A stretch of DNA of 64,000 nucleotides. It comes from Raillietiella orientalis. Taxonomy: Eukaryota. A program made the position numbers and the translations under genes. Location of the stretch: assembly GCA_036172245.1 (NCBI GenBank), contig JAYWIR010000017.1, positions 558,001-622,000 of the forward strand. Reading direction: 5' to 3'. The notes beneath the pieces were generated by a model that was not told where the DNA came from, did no database searches, and saw only the letters and a program-made list of their open reading frames with translations. Positions 24,451-39,099 of this stretch are shown piece by piece. Each line of letters starts with the position of its first letter. The stretch's first letter is position 1.

Positions 24451-26049
24451 CATTCGAATTTTTCTATCATGATCTTTGTGGATGGTGGAGAAAAGCCACT
24501 CTATAGCTCGCCTGATAGTCCTTTCTTCTAACAAAAATTTTCCAGGAAAATGAGCCTCCGCCGCTCCACTTAAGAATCAGTGAAAACGAGTGAGATTCAA
24601 GGGGAGGACAGTGGAAGTCAAGAAGAGAAGCAACCAAATATTCAGCAGTGAGTCCTGCCAATCAACGGAGATTTAAGTAACGCAGGTTCCATGAAATTTC
24701 CGTCTTGAGGAAGTGGTAGACATGTGGCCATACTTATGCGAGCACACATTTAATGCCACAGTTGGCTTGTGGCAGGGACTGCTCATCTCCTCACGATGAG
24801 AATGCTATGTTGACGTCAAAAGGAACACTGTAACGACGCAAGTCACCATCCTACTCCGCCGGGTGGTTTACACAGTCCCTAAAGGTTCTTACCGGCTGAC
24901 AAGTGTTCCGAAAGTTCTAAACAAAATGTCAACAAATGTGTGCCCATGTATTCCGCTCGGGCAGTCTTCTAAACACGAAATTCTTTGTCTCCTGGAAGGC
25001 AGCAGCAGTTGAAATTCAGTTAACGTTGGACTCAGGGTTGTGCCTGTTGTCGCTTCGAGAATGCGAAAAATGCACTCTTGATGCTTGGATCGCCATAATA
25101 GGAAGATTCCTCTCATCAGCTAAACGAAAGCATTCAGATGCAAATGCTATTAAACCACAGAAGCACCCAATTAGAAAACTCAGTAGAACACGACTGGATC
25201 CTCCACCAGAACGTCAAAGGATTATTGCTCGCACCGTGATTAATAACTTAATGCTAATCTCGAAATGGATCTTTGGTCACAAGAATCTTTTCCGTTTTCC
25301 TTGTGAAACCGGCTATAGGACTCCGTCTCTCTACATGCAGCCATCTTCCCTCTATTCGTACGAACGCCTTTCGTGCTTTTGACAGTGGAACGGCGCCTTC
25401 CGAGGTTTCTTAACTGCTTATGAGATTTTGTCACCTTCAGAAATTGCCTTTTGAAAAATTTCGAAATTCCCTCATTAGGATAATGTATGCTTACCCTCAA
25501 TCAATCCGAGATGCGCTTTAATGAAGCATGGGTTGGTCTGAAATCCTTCAGATCGGTTGTTTTTACTCGTTTTCTTATCTTTATTTTTCTTATTTCACCC
25601 GACCGTATAGCTTTAAGGTTCAGGGACGAACAGCAGAATAGCAAAATCGCACCCGTTTCCTCCCCCCCCGAAATTCAAACAAATTTTTTTGCTCCATATA
25701 ACAGAATCACGGTCTTAAAATGAAAGAGTGAACGATTCGCTAAATTCTTAACAAGAGGTACTGAAGAGACCACACGATTGCTATGGAGTCATGTACAGAT
25801 AGGTCTGTCGATGCGATGGGAATGACACTCCAGAGACATCGGGAACATCAAATACGAAATAGTGTCAACAGCAACATCCGAGAAAGAAAATCTGAATTCT
25901 GCCGAGAGTTTCGATGGGAACAAATAAAAATTAGTTGGGCAGATAGTTCTAGCCTTCCAAGCCTTGCTCAGGACTACAAGAAAAATCCGAATCCAAAGTC
26001 GTTGTTCGTCCTCAGAGAAAAATAAAAAGATTTATGTTACAAGAAAACC

Positions 26050-26500
26050 GGAGGAAATGGGAAAGGCGCTCCACAAATCGCATCCTGTTCGTTCACCGCA
26101 GCGAATTCGAATGCGGCTAAACACCGTATGAAATGATCCTCCTGTGTTCTCTTGAGCAGTGAAGAAGGAGACCCGGAAGAGACCTTCTTGGCGACCATAC
26201 TTTCCTGTAAGCATGGACTTCGGGAGTAAAAGGATTGCAGGTCAGAAACGACGTTTCCTTGGAAGTCGGTGTATTCCCCCATTTCAGAAACATCACTCTT
26301 CATTTACTCTTGGATTGACAGTGCTGTTTTCGTGTACAGGTTGGATTGTATAAACGCAATTAACGAAATGCTCCATAGCTGTCTTTCAGGAGAAACAGAA
26401 GTGCTCATGACATGAGCCCGCTAGCGAAAGTGGTCGATTTGGAACAGTGTAAAAGTTATCAAAGTTATCTTGTGTGGAATCCACCGCAGATCTCGCTTCG
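26050..26500 (+). mobile_element. Degenerate Gypsy integrase remnant
   Basis: KALHKSHP..TV*NDP..PSWRPYFPVSMDFG. Confidence 0.5.
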
Positions 26501-28019
26501 AGCTCGTACGCATGGATCCTGAAGACTCTCCCTGATCCAATTAATCGTCAGGCCATCGAAAATATAACTTGACAGAAATGAGTGAATTGCCTTGTCGACG
26601 GAAGATTCCCCTCAGACACTGACTTGTAAAGTTTCGGAGTTTCCCAGATAAATGGAGATGCATAGCATAGTCAGGTGACCAACAAGACGAAACTCTGACA
26701 GCAGCAAAGTTGAATCAATCGAATTTCGTTCGAGCAAGGAGGGGAAAGGAAACCAAGGCGAAAATCGAAAGCGAAATGGTCGACTACAGTTGTGCGAGGT
26801 TGCACACGAGGAAGACATAAGAGGGACAAACGAGAGGGGGGCAGACTTTGCAACGGATTCTGTCCTCTCCCTTGATGGGAGGACATAGACAAGTCCATTC
26901 TAACTCTAAACGCTAAAGTGTAACGTAACATGAAAAAGGTAATACCAAAGGAGGGACAGCAGAAACCAAGAGCATGCAATGGACGTACAGTATCTCTGAA
27001 AATGGGGTGAGATACTTAAAGACGAGATGAGAAGATTCAGAGATTGAAAGAATCATCTTCATAAACTCTACCAAAAACACGAGATCACACAGCTTTCAGG
27101 ATTCACACACTGATCATGATCATTACATGGGCTGGTCATGAATACAAATGCACGCAATTTCATGTTTAGGACTTAGAAGGAATCAAGATTTAGCGTCCTC
27201 TCAAAATTATCCCAATGGAGAAACTTAGTAGCTGATTTATTTGTGGCACAGCACTATCACTTTGCTTGTGGCTTCCAAGCTCGAAAAGTGACTCACTAAC
27301 AGGAGTGCTCTTCACTTTGAATCGACATCTGACTTTGCGAGAAGGAGTGAAATTGGCAAGGCACGCCCTGACTCTGTGGCCCAAGGGCTACGAGAAGAAT
27401 GAAGAAAAAATCAGCAGCTGATGCGGCATTACGAACGCAGGTAAAGAAACCAACACCAATCAATCACACTGTTCTATAGATGTTTGATGATTCATTGCTT
27501 TCAAAGGAAGCCGTGTGAATGAACTTTTCACAAGGAATCTTGGATTTCTTTAGCAACTACCCTGCATTCCCTCAGCAGCAGCACCAGGAAGCCACCGTAA
27601 CAGGTGAGCCATGATACCGAACTAGCTTGCATTGAAGAAGCTTTTCCAGTGAATTTCAATGAAGCAACGGGAGAAAGTGATAAAATAGAATGGTCCATAA
27701 TCCTCGGAAGCAACAGAAGAGCTTCCTTTAAGAAAGGAGTTCTGCTCTTCTCCTACGGAGCATTGCAGTGTAGGAAATCGTCTGATGAGAATCCTTTCAA
27801 CTCAAAGAAAGCAGCTCGGAGGATGGGGAGGAGTAAGATGTGTACCCGGGTGATTTCGAGTGCCGCGTTAGCACGCTAAATGCGATGAGAAACGCGTATA
27901 GCAGGACGCATAGGTGACCCATCGGTGATGAATGCACGGTTGCGAACACCGCAACTCTGCACCCGGAAGCAACACGCCTGCATTTCCATCACGACTGCAT
28001 CGAGGCTCCATTTGCACAT

Positions 28020-28560
28020 ACTATGTGCGGTGCGATGCGACTGAATAAAATTTGGAATCAGTGATCCTGATGCTACGAGAAGATGCAAGCGATGCCTGAA
28101 CTCCGTTACTCTCAGTTCCCAGCCCAAAGAGAGCGATCCTTCGGAAAATTTGCAATCGTTTTTTTTTTTTTTTTTTTTGAGGATTCATCGGCATGCGACA
28201 ACTTACATTGGTAGCACAATCTGATAGCAGCACTCTGAGCTGCTGGCCACTCCAGGTGAGATCAGAACGTAATCTTCTGTGGCTGCTAAGCAAACACAGC
28301 TGCACCGATTGGACGAATCGATTCCAGATGCCCTCACGAGAGTTTGCCGACAGCATAAAGAAGACACTTTCCTTCTGTAGTATTCTCGCGCGCGCTCGCT
28401 CGGAGCAAAACTCTCGCTTTTCCGGATCAAGCGGGTCGCCGGATTTTCAGCGAACGAAGAGCACTCCGATAAGTGAGCGCTGGGGAGGACTTGCTGCCTG
28501 CGAACGTGACCAAGAACGAGCATACTGACTCTTAGAGCAGAAGATGCATTCTGGAGAGGA
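28020..28560 (-). mobile_element. BEL/Pao integrase remnant
   Basis: EGIWNRFVQSVQLCL..LT..QLRVLLSDCATNVSCRMP resembles GGxWERLVRSVKxxL..LTxEELxTLL..NSRP. Confidence 0.6.
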
Positions 28561-30204
28561 CCCTACCGAGACTTGCAAAGATTTCATCTGAACAGAAAGC
28601 CTGTGAAGAAATCGCTTTCCGAGGAGAGGATGCAGTCGACAGTCAAGATATCTTAATTGGGCACTGGATCTATATCGTGTTTCGAAATAGAATGTTGGCT
28701 GCAAGGAATGTCTCTGCTAGCATTCTCGAGATTTTACAGGCAATTATTTTAAAACACTTAGAAGCACATGCGGTGTTCTAGGCAGTGGAAACGAGAACAA
28801 TTCGGTAGATTCTTCTCTCAAGGCATGTCTGGAAGGATCGCTTTGCTAGGCAAGGAGGCTAACATATCACAAGGGAGAGGATGGAAGTAAAACTCTACTC
28901 TGAAAGAAAGTTCAACTTTCTTTCAGAGTTCCAGGAACTTGGAAAGAAGAAAGTGGTAGACAGAGGCTCAAGAGTAACCTTCTGCCACAGCACTCCAAGA
29001 GTTGCATTCGCTCCTGACGTTGAGCGTGCAGAATGAGAATTGCGTCCCATGTTCATCGTAGAGGGGATTTGTGTGAACCAGACGAAGCAAGTGTTTGGGA
29101 GGGACACTGTTTTAGCTCTGGAAGTAAACCCGATTCAGAAACACTTTAGGTGTGTTTTTTGTTTTAAAAGAAACGGTGGAAAGCTGCACCAGTACCAGTT
29201 GGCTTCAGGAGTGTCTGAGATGCAGTCTTCTAGAGTGATTCTCAAGTATAAAATAATTGGAAATCAGATGGACAAAAAGCACAGAATGTGAACTGGGACG
29301 CCCAATTTTGTGAATGAATCTCCTGAACAGACCGCATGTTGAGACTCATCGTACTCTGAGCGGTACTCTTTCGCTCTCAGTAGACTGTGACTGCAAACCA
29401 CTCGTTTGAAGCAAACCAATTTCCTTCAATAGCTGAGTGTGAAAGACAGTTCTTTCCCGTTGTAAGCATCACTTCTCACAAGCAATAACCTTACTGCAAG
29501 ATCACCTTTGTGAAAACGAAAAAGCTGAAGGGCACTTCGATCCCATCGTAGTGTGAAATGACCGAGATTGCTTAGGTGTGGTCGGAGCTAATAAAGATTA
29601 TTAACTCCTCATCGCATTTAAATACAGATAAATGGAGAACTTCATTTCAAACTCAATAAACACATAGATTCCAGTCGGTTTATAATTTCCCGGCTCTTTT
29701 TAGCAAGAGCCGTGAAATTATAAGCCGTGAAATTGACAAACTGTTGATTCAGATGCCTTTTACATCTTCTAACTGCATGCAAAAAGACTTCTTCATGCGA
29801 AAAGAAAAAAAAAAAAAGAATTATCCAGTCCACTAGTGCTTTATATTAGATCTCTTCGTCACTTAGAATTATTAATAGTCAACTATCTGATTGGCATCCA
29901 AACGAAAATCTCGCGACGTTGAAGGAGCCATTGAAATTAATCTGACCGTCAAAACCAACCAAGCACTCAACTCATCATCGTTCCGTCTCCAGTCACCCGC
30001 CTCTATTCAGAAGCGCTCCAAAGTTTTCCGCCTAGGATCCCGTTCTCCGCGTTCAAACAGGGATTTATGATCAAAATCGAGGAGCTGGAAAAATCTCTCT
30101 AGAAACCAAAAATATTCGTACCTCCTTCGAGTTGCGTTGATGCATTGCGCCTTTTCTTCCTTCGTGGTCACGGATGTCTCATCTGGTGAACGGATTCAGT
30201 GAAC

Positions 30205-30705
30205 TCACATGCATTGTGTCAGAGATTTGAATATAATCCTCAGAGCGGAGCAAGTTTGTTCCCAAACCGTTGAGAACTCTCGCGTGCGTGGGAGATGCTG
30301 CACCGGAGACTTTTTTCCTTGTTCCGAAGATGCTTTCTTAAGCTTCTGAGATTTTTCCCTATGCATAAATGAGACGTAAACTTCTGAGGACAATTCAATA
30401 AATGCGAATTTATGATGTAGGCTTACATAGGAAATGCGCAGGCGCAGGGACTCTCTGTGGTACAACCAATTAAATACCCTAGAATTCACGAAGGTGCCCG
30501 TGGATCGCACGCACTCTGGAACGGCAAGCAATCGAGTGGCGGGGGTCGGGGAAGTGCCCCAACCTCAAGGGCAAAGTTTGGGGGGGCAGACGGAAGTGCC
30601 CAACGGTAGTGCAATGTACACTTTTTCTTCAGTAAAACTGATTTCATGGCTGCAACAGATCCATTCGATCCGTGGCAAAGGCACTTCATGTTCGTCACCG
30701 ATACT
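30205..30705 (-). mobile_element. Degenerate Gypsy integrase core remnant
   Basis: VPLPRIEW..KVYI; RLLAVPECVRSTGTFVNSRVF..AFIE. Confidence 0.55.
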
Positions 30706-31087
30706 GTCAAAGTGATCGAGAGTAAGTCAGGTCAGGATGTCTGGGAACACTGTCCGGGTCACTCATATATCCGCAGCGTTTCTTCTCTCAAGAGTAGCAG
30801 CTTGCAGTGACTTCTCTCAGAAGTGATGCAGGCAAATATGAAAACGCAGACAACGAACGGGAAATCGGTGATTCGAGTCTCCTTAAGACGCTCTGTAGTA
30901 CCCATTCAGCCCATACTCAGTTTGAAGTGCGACCAGGAGGCACACATCCCTTTTTCATGCGTTCTTCTGATGATTGGAACCTTCATATTGTCTTTCTTCA
31001 GCCCATTTGTAAAGAGGAAGTATCGTGTGTCATTCTGTCCTTTCATTCCTATGGCTGTGGCACGAAATCTTTCTGTTATTTCATCTT

Positions 31088-31500
31088 TTACTTTCGTTTT
31101 TTTTTCCACTGATGTGTTTTACTGCACATCTTCAGAATGGTGTTCCAAGAATTCTGTGGAATAGAAAGCATCCAAAGAAAGCAAGCATGGAGAGTGTCTT
31201 TCAGCCTCCTTGGAGGGTTGCACTGAAGATGAACCGGCTCACTAGAAACGAACATCTTCCAACATCGCACTTCTTCCTCGTTATTTCGTGAGAACAGAGG
31301 AACGAGGTGTGCCAAAGTATTGGATTTCCAAATGCGGGCTTTTCGACTTAAAGGTGCTTTTGGACTCGTTCCCCAGAAAACAGCAAAGAAAGAAGGATTA
31401 AAAGGAACAGCTGCTTTCGTGCATTGCTTCAAATAAGCCAGACACACCAGCTGGTCAATTGCCTTCCAGATCTCCATTATTGATTTGTTGTTTTTCTTTA
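31088..31500 (-). mobile_element. Degenerate integrase (H2C2 + core) remnant
   Basis: IWKAIDQLV..PFNP..W..LVPLFSRNNEEE..EPVHLQCN..LSI. Confidence 0.5.
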
Positions 31501-32751
31501 TCTATCATTTGAGAACCTTTCTGCGAAGGAAGAATACTTTCCATCATTTCGAGATGGAGAGTGTTCCTCGTCATTTTGAGATGCTCCAGACTTGAATAGA
31601 CGGATTTTCGTTTCTGAAAGCGGTCCAGCCTTCAGGATGCTTCATTGCACATTTTCTTCTCTACTCTCTGGTTCCAAAGGCTAGCGAAGGAAGACAGGTG
31701 GCTCATGAAGCCACAGAGCGTCCATTCCTGGAAGTCGCTTTCGCAACTGATCTTTAACGCGGCCGCGAGAAGTCAAGTTGAATGGCTGGAAGACCGAGAC
31801 TCCTGTCCTCTCACACTTGACCGTTTGCTTCGAGCCTCACCCACACTCAGAAGAACGAGGCCGTTTCTGCTGGAGAGCGCTTCAGAAGCCCAGCGGCCGA
31901 GTGCATCGTGAAGTGTCCGATCTCGGCATGCTGGCTGTCGAAAAGTGAATGAAAAGAGAGCCGACGCCATCACTTCTTCAACCATGACTGGAAATCATGC
32001 AAGAGGAAAGCAAGGGACAAAAGCAAACAGACAAACAAACGATGCTCGATAATGCAGCGTTCTCCATCCGATGCTTCAGACGGGTGCGTAGCCAACGCGG
32101 GGAGAAGCTGGAATTTTCACACGTACGCTGATCGGATAAATCGAGCTGTGTAAATGAGTCTTGTGAAATAGTCCGATCCGGCCGGTTATGCAAATAAATG
32201 GTTGGAATGTGCTCATGAGCTCCTTTATGAGATTCCAGATGAGGAGATTCTGTTTTGCATCTTCCGCTTATAGCGATACGCGCATGCTGAGTAATGCATC
32301 TACGAGGGCGATCCGGGACTCGTACGTAACACTCGGAATGCACGTCGCACGAATGCAAAATACACTTGTATTTCGCGAATACAAATAAAATGTAAATACA
32401 GCCAGATGTACCTAATGTATAATTCTTTCCGCTCCAGCTCAGTGCCTACAAAATGAAAGATCTTTCGGGAATGTGCGTGCCTCTCAACTTTAGAGTGCAA
32501 AGAGATCGAGTGTTGGATGAAATACGCGGGCATCCTCTTCCTTTCACATGCCAACTCCGTGCGTCTCCATCGAGACCGATGCTGGTTGTCGCCCACCTTT
32601 CCCGCATCCCCCTGCGATCATTTAAGAGAGAGATCTTTCCTCCTGTGTTCGTATCCATTCGCCGTCCCACTCACTGCCTTGTTGGTTGTTGATATTCCTG
32701 GGCGAAGACAAGGAATAGCATCACTCCCTGCGGCCCATCCAGGATTCTGAC

Positions 32752-33397
32752 GTCGGTGCTGATCAAAATACCAAACGATCAGGAAAATTAGATATATGTG
32801 CTTATCATGTATTTTTATATATTTACATTTCCAAATACGCAAATTTATTTTAACATGCAAAGTAACTGATATTTATTAGCATACATATTATGAATATAAT
32901 TCGTGATTTGTTCATAATCATATACATTAAAGATCATAAAAAGTACATATATGTGTTTATGATGTACATGAATACATGTATGTATATATGTGTTTCTCCA
33001 TAGGTATTTATGTGCATAATAAATATGCGTATTTATTTTTTTGTAATTTTAAGAACATATTAATATATATATTTCCATTTGTTCCTATGTATTTGTTAAT
33101 ATGCATTGTTAATTTATACATTAAAACATAGATTACTACGTATTTTTAAGATTACAAAAAATTAATTTCGTGAACCTTGCAAATAATTTTAAAAAATTAT
33201 TATTAAATGTACACATATTTTAAAATATTAATATATCTGTTAAAATAATGTTACCACTAATAATAGATATGTGAATAAATGTTAGTAACTATGTACTTGT
33301 AGATGTATAAATATCTATATTAATATCCATAATAAGCATATGTATTTTTACTTTTGTAATGTCTCGGAATTCTGATTTTCGGGATGCTAATCGTTCC
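32752..33397 (-). mobile_element. AT-rich MITE-like non-autonomous element, copy M1
   Basis: Ends carry degenerate GATCAAAATCCCGAA motifs in inverted orientation; very AT-rich interior related to M2-M5. Confidence 0.65.
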
Positions 33398-33399
33398 CC

Positions 33400-33881
33400 A
33401 TTTCGAACCGCTCCCTTCTTACGTGAGCCATGATTTCTGGATAACTTGATGAGTTATTCCTTCGATGATGAAGTCGTTGTTGCTGTTCTCTGAATATCAG
33501 CCCTCTGCGAGATAAATTAATCTTTTGTTGTTTTCTTGGTACTTTGAACTGCAAATGCCTTCCAGCCAAAGGTTTCTCAAAATCTTCATGCTGATTAATG
33601 ATGCGACTCGGAAGTCTTTTAAACGAATGTGTAGGCATTCTGCCTATCACCGCGACCGCATATGCAATGAAGGACGTCCATGGAAAGATTTGTGAATGTG
33701 CAGCCTCACGTGCTTCCAGATCATACACGTGCATTCTTGACTGTACGTTCGTTGAATGATGAGTCATGAGGCTCATTGGAGAGCTTGGGGGACACGTGTC
33801 TTCCGACCGCCCTGAACACGTAACCACTCTCGTGTGGCTACTTGGAATTCCATTCAAAGAAACAGGATGCAACGGTTGCAC
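33400..33881 (-). mobile_element. Degenerate integrase core remnant
   Basis: FPWTSF..VIGRMP; QFKVPRK..SRRGLIF..SSSYPEIMAHVRR. Confidence 0.55.
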
Positions 33882-34461
33882 ACATCAAAGAAGTGCAACC
33901 GCGCTTCTTCTCCGATCCATGGAGTTGGTCGACTTTGGTGGTCCCTCTCCTCGTGAAGGTGAGCCACAAAGTTCCCTGAGAGGGAAACGTTAAACCAAAA
34001 AATCAGGGTGAAAAAGAAAACATCCACGCTCGAAGCGAAAATTCAGATCTTCGGAGAGCAAACAGTTCAAAGAAAGGAGAAAGGAGATTCGTTCGAAAGC
34101 ACTGATGATGCGAGCACAATGGAGACGGCTCATTCCTTATACGATCTTCACGTTGAAAACAGCATCTCGAAATCATGGCTGGACCGACGTAACAGTGAAA
34201 TTCTTATCACCACAAAAGGGACCCGCGTCTGCGTTGCTAAGTAAATCAATTCCGAATTTATGATTCCCATTAAAAGGACAAAAAAATGATACTTGTTTCA
34301 GACTGCTCGCAGATACATTGGAACATCAATGCACTTTCATAGGTTTCTGCTTTGGACCTTGCATCTCAATGCAAAGGAATAGGGGGCATCTCCTTCGGAA
34401 AGCTCTAAACTCCTGTGATCATTGGATTTCACTTTGAAAATCTCCACCTTGGAGGCTGAAA

Positions 34462-35070
34462 TCATTTCTCCACAATAAAATTGCTCAAAGGAAGGGCCGC
34501 AAAGCATTCATTATAGGACGACTTTTCACTCCAATGTTTTCCATATTTCCTTCCTGCTTGTAGAAGCGATTTTTCAGCGCTTCCGGCAATCCGGGATAGA
34601 AGCTTTTCAAGGTCTAAAAGGCATTCCATGACCATACGATATTGCTCACAAGATGAAAAGCTGATCTGTGCCAAACTCGCTGCTCTGCATACATCTTCAT
34701 CCAATGAAATAAGCAGCGTAGCCGACTCGGAAACGACGTGAGCAGTTTGCAGACTCATGCAAAGCAGAGGCGTTTTGCCGTGGTAACCTTCCAAGACCCC
34801 AAGGAATTAGAAAGTGACGGAGAGCCAAGACAACTCCACTCCGTTCTCGTTTCCACTCCGTGCTCTTCCAAGTAGTCGGGTTGAGAACTCGAGGATCCCT
34901 CGCTCCCTCCGCTTAGCGATCACGCCGAACCGGGGTGCACCTCTTCGGAAGCCTTCAGACGGGAGTCTGGAGGAAGTTGCCTCGAAGAAGCTACGGCCCA
35001 GACGTAAAATGTACTTCACTCGGGATAACGCGTGCCCTTCCCACATGACACGGTGTGGGAGAAAGCCAGC
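34462..35070 (-). mobile_element. Degenerate integrase remnant(s)
   Basis: VKYILRLGRSFF; APRFGVIAKRRERGILEFSTRLL; one frame of ~195 codons with a single stop. Confidence 0.5.
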
Positions 35071-35399
35071 GCCGGAGTCTGAATATGGAGGAAGGAAGAG
35101 ACGTCTTCTCCAGACAAGTCACGCCTTTGAGATCTCGAGAAGCTGAAGAACTCCCTCCCTACGAATTTCCAAGGAGCCTAGCATGTTTATTGCCCAATGC
35201 AAAATGATGGAAGGGACCTGAGGAAATCACGTGATAAGAAAAGTAAGAGCGTTGTCGTTTTCATCAGGAATCTGCTCCGTTGACTGAACAGCGAGATGTT
35301 TCCTCTTCTTCTCTTGTGGAGTGGAAACTTCTATCAAATCCTGCTGAACCCATCCACTGGAATTATTTTGTTTACTTGAAAGTGCACCGTTCGGAGGGG

Positions 35400-35950
35400 G
35401 CCGATGAGTTTGTCCATGGATAAACTTATGCCGATATCCGTCGCGATGGAGATTGTCGCCTCCTCCCAGGGAGATGCGGAGTGAGCGGCGGCGCTCCTGG
35501 TCGTGATCAGTGACTACGATACGCGGAAACGACCTGGACTCCCTGTTCGCCGTGTACGCAGGGGAATCCTGTCGCTAGCCAGCTCGAGGTGCTGAGAGTC
35601 TTCGGTATGGGCAGCCCCCTGGCACTGATCGCCGCCGCCTCCTCCTTTGGGAGAGACACCGGCTTCGTCGTGTCACAGAGAGAGAGGGAGCTGCCTCCGC
35701 CACTCCCCCGTGAGGCAGTCCATCCCATGGCGAGCGCCTTTCCTCTTTGTCCGTGCTCCTACAGGACTCCATCGCCTAAGGGAGGACTGTCGCCGCAGCT
35801 TCGAGCGCGTCCAGGAGGTCCCGGAGCGAGGCTGCTGGGGGAAGCCGCCTTCTCCTTCAAAGGTTTCCTGTGCAACGCGTCTCTTAGCAAGCTTTGCGTT
35901 CCAGTTGAAAGCGGTCCAGACCAATTCCAGAACGTCTGGATTCAGCGCGA
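35400..35950 (+). mobile_element. Penelope-like RT remnant
   Basis: MSLSMDKLMPISVAMEIV (~VSFDVxSLFT) followed by GMGSPLALIAA (~GxxMGSPLSPxxA). Confidence 0.45.
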
Positions 35951-36506
35951 ACCATGGGGAAGTCGCTCTGCCTCCGTCAGGGCTTTGTGTGTTCTGAAAG
36001 GTTGCCAAGAGACATGCGCGGAGATTCCGCTTTTCATTGTTCCATCCCCTCCCTCAAAAACAAAAACAAAAGGAACTTCTGTACTATTGGGGACCAGTTT
36101 TCTTTAAAGTGACCAGCAATTGTTTCTACCTCTAAAAAGATACTCTGGTAAGGATTCCTCTCATCGTCTGACAGACATGGTAGACCCTGAAAGGATACTC
36201 TACAACCCCAATTGCCTTTCTGAGAACTCGAGATTTGTAAAGCTCTAGAAGTTTGACAGTTAAATTGGCTAAATCTCAATCTGCATCTGCTGAAAGCACC
36301 TTTATTTATAGAGTCAATGATGGAGTCTCCAGCTCGTGGGGTCATCTCATCACGTCAAACCAAATGTCTCAGCTATAGGATGAAGAAATTGAGAATCGCT
36401 TCTCCTGTTCGATTTCCTATGGACTTCTGATCTCCCACATCTTCAACGAGAATCACTGACATCTTCTGATGGAAAATTCTTCTGTTTTCTCTGCTTTCCT
36501 CCCATC

Positions 36507-37277
36507 TTTTTTTTTTTTTTCGGGTTTCTTCTTTTTTTTTTTGGTTCTCCAAGTGCTGAAGAACCGTTCACCTCCTTAGGTGGGGCTCACGAAGCTCTTC
36601 GACATCGTCCACCCAGCCAGATGAAGCGTTAACCCTTTAAGTTAGGAGGTATCTCTGTTAGGAGACCACCATATGACTCCAGAAAGGCTTCGGAATAAGG
36701 TATCCGTTTTTCTCACGCTTGGGAGGGAACCCTCTCCCTCGTTGTCTACGAAGGAAACCTTCATTCTCTCCGGATGGACTCCCCAGTTTGTAGGGGTCTC
36801 TTCTCGTTTCTTCTTTGAAGGGAACCCGGAAAGGATCTGCCCCTGAAATTTCTTCTCCAGAGGGACTTCCCGGAAAGGATCTGCTCTTTGTTCCTCTCTA
36901 TAAAGAGACTCCCAAAGGGACGCTTCCAAATTTCTCTGAAGAGTCTCTCACCGAAAATGGAGCAGCGTGTTTCTCTACCACACTGTGGAGAGGTGTCAAT
37001 CCACCGGTTCCATGGTACAAGATGGACAGTTCCATTTCCACAACCGAAGGGGAACCCTCATAGAGCCAACTTCCAATCCGACCACTCATCGGGAGCATCC
37101 GGTTTTTCAGCTCCCACTAGTGCCTCCTGTAGGCCGACTAGCGTTTTCCTGCGGGGGGAAACTCTAAACTTACGACGCACCCCCCCGTTCTCGGAGTCGA
37201 TCCTCGACGTGGGGATTCGAATCCGCAACGCTTGGTCCATGCGAGGAGGCTGCAGCCACACGGCCGTCCACGCGGGC
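36507..37277 (-). mobile_element. tRNA-derived SINE, copy C (full length)
   Basis: Minus strand: GGCCGTGTGG A box, GGATTCGAATCCC B box, shared body and 3' hairpin; A-rich tail appears as the T-runs at 36507-36542. Confidence 0.85.
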
Positions 37278-37699
37278 TATTTGTTAAGCAGATCTGGAAA
37301 GCATAGTGCACACTGATGATACACATGTAAGACACGGAAAGCGTCCTTCTATAAAACTTACAGATGCACATTTATCTTGTCATCTGCTCTGGAGCAATGA
37401 CTGCTCCTGGAAGTTGTGACTCGGAAGCGAGGCTTCGGAGGTAGAGTAGAAGCTTCTCCTGATGATCCGAGTTCAGGCCACTGGGTTTATTTACTTACTG
37501 AAGATCCATGGCAGTCTCAGAAGCGCGATGCGAATGGATACTCTCGTCGGAAAAAGGCCATCGGAAAAACATAAAAATTTGCCTGACATGCTGTGAATGT
37601 GTGGAAAAGACGTTCAAGGCACATGGAGTGGTGTAACTAGTAGCAATGAATCCGCTCGCTCTGCCTTCGGAGCTGGTGAGAAAATGAAAAACCTGAGAC

Positions 37700-38200
37700 A
37701 CAACGGTAGGAAAATGCTAGGAGAGACCGTTTATAAGAGGATGAAGGTTTGCTGAGACATGCAGTAACAAGAGGTAATGAATTAATAAATAAAAGCAGTG
37801 GAGAATATAATCCACCGTATGTCCTTGTAATTCTCAAGAGTTTCAGGTACCAGAACTGCGGCGCGAAAATTGCTTCTGTCACCCTGTGATGATTATTAAA
37901 AAATTTTCTTGATCTGATGCATGAGGCCTTTAATAAACACATAAAAGCCATCTTCTGAACAAGATGCAAGTTTGAAAGTTAAGAGTTTTTTGTGCTAGAA
38001 TGCAACCAGAGATTAATGGAGCAGTTCTTTAGACTTTCAAGTCTGTTCTTGTTTTGAAAGAAATACCTATGACAACCCCAAATGCCAAAACCTCATTGAT
38101 GCACGACAAACCTTTTTTAGCATCCCTGGCTTCGAACATGCCATACAACGCAAACTGAATCTCGAGGATTCCTTCAATTAATAATGGCTTGGTGTGTTTT
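37700..38200 (-). mobile_element. Two abutting integrase core remnants
   Basis: QFALYGMFEARDAKKG..NEVLAF..GISFKT, then QGDRSNFRA..IFSTAF. Confidence 0.55.
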
Positions 38201-38329
38201 TAGATACGACAAAGAGGACTAAAGCAAACCATGTGAATGAAGAATGGAAGTCACTAAAGTGGACAGGAAGCTCTCCAGTAGGACAACTGAAAACAATTCT
38301 CGCTGAAAATCTAGGCGCTGCTTCAAAAA

Positions 38330-38900
38330 AAAACAAAAATTATTGAAAGAAATGGTCTCCCTGTCAGGAGTAGGGTATCCCAAACTCCGTGAAGAGGCGG
38401 CCAAATTGCTTCCCTCACCAGAGATCAGATCCTTGCTAAACGAGTTTGGGAACAATATGAGTTCGCTTGCTGGCCGCTTCGACTCGAAGGTCCCCATTCC
38501 TCCCCTCAGAATGTTTTGGTGTGTTGTTCCTCTTACTGATCTGTGGACACCCTCGATTGCAAGAAACAAAGATCCTCCGAGAAGCCCACCTGTCTGATTC
38601 TTTCTCTCTTCACTTTTCTCTGTTTCTCTGTTTCTGTAACCACTTCCTGGTCACTGTTGGGCAGAAGAGCTGGCCAAAGAATACCTTCACTATTTCTCCC
38701 AAAGCTACGACAGCATTTCTCTTGATTTGTTGATCTATGGTCCCAGATGGAGGCTTTCCTGATGGCTTGACTGCAACCTACGGGGATCGCCTTCAGTTAG
38801 CTGTCAAGATGCTTCCGGAACTTCCTGTCAAGCATCACAACGGCCCTTTCTTAGGTCAGGCTTAGATATGCAACTCAAAAACATGGAATACGTGCCCTTC
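38330..38900 (+). mobile_element. Degenerate Gypsy integrase (H2C2 + core) remnant
   Basis: KLLKEM..VGYPKLREEA..PEI..PIPPLRMFWCVVPLTDLW; GGFPDGL..PVKHHNGP. Confidence 0.55.
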
Positions 38901-39099
38901 CTAAGTTGATACATATTCTCGACACAGTGCAGTGAATCCTCAGACAGAGCACTCCCTTCCAAATCCACGCATACGGTTAGCTACTGTAGATCAGGTTAGT
39001 TCCTGGCATCAGACATGGTGATGCTGTCGATCAACGCCACCTGCCAGTGAGTAGCTCCTTTCTCTCTGGCTTTGTGTATTGAAAGACACACCTTCCATA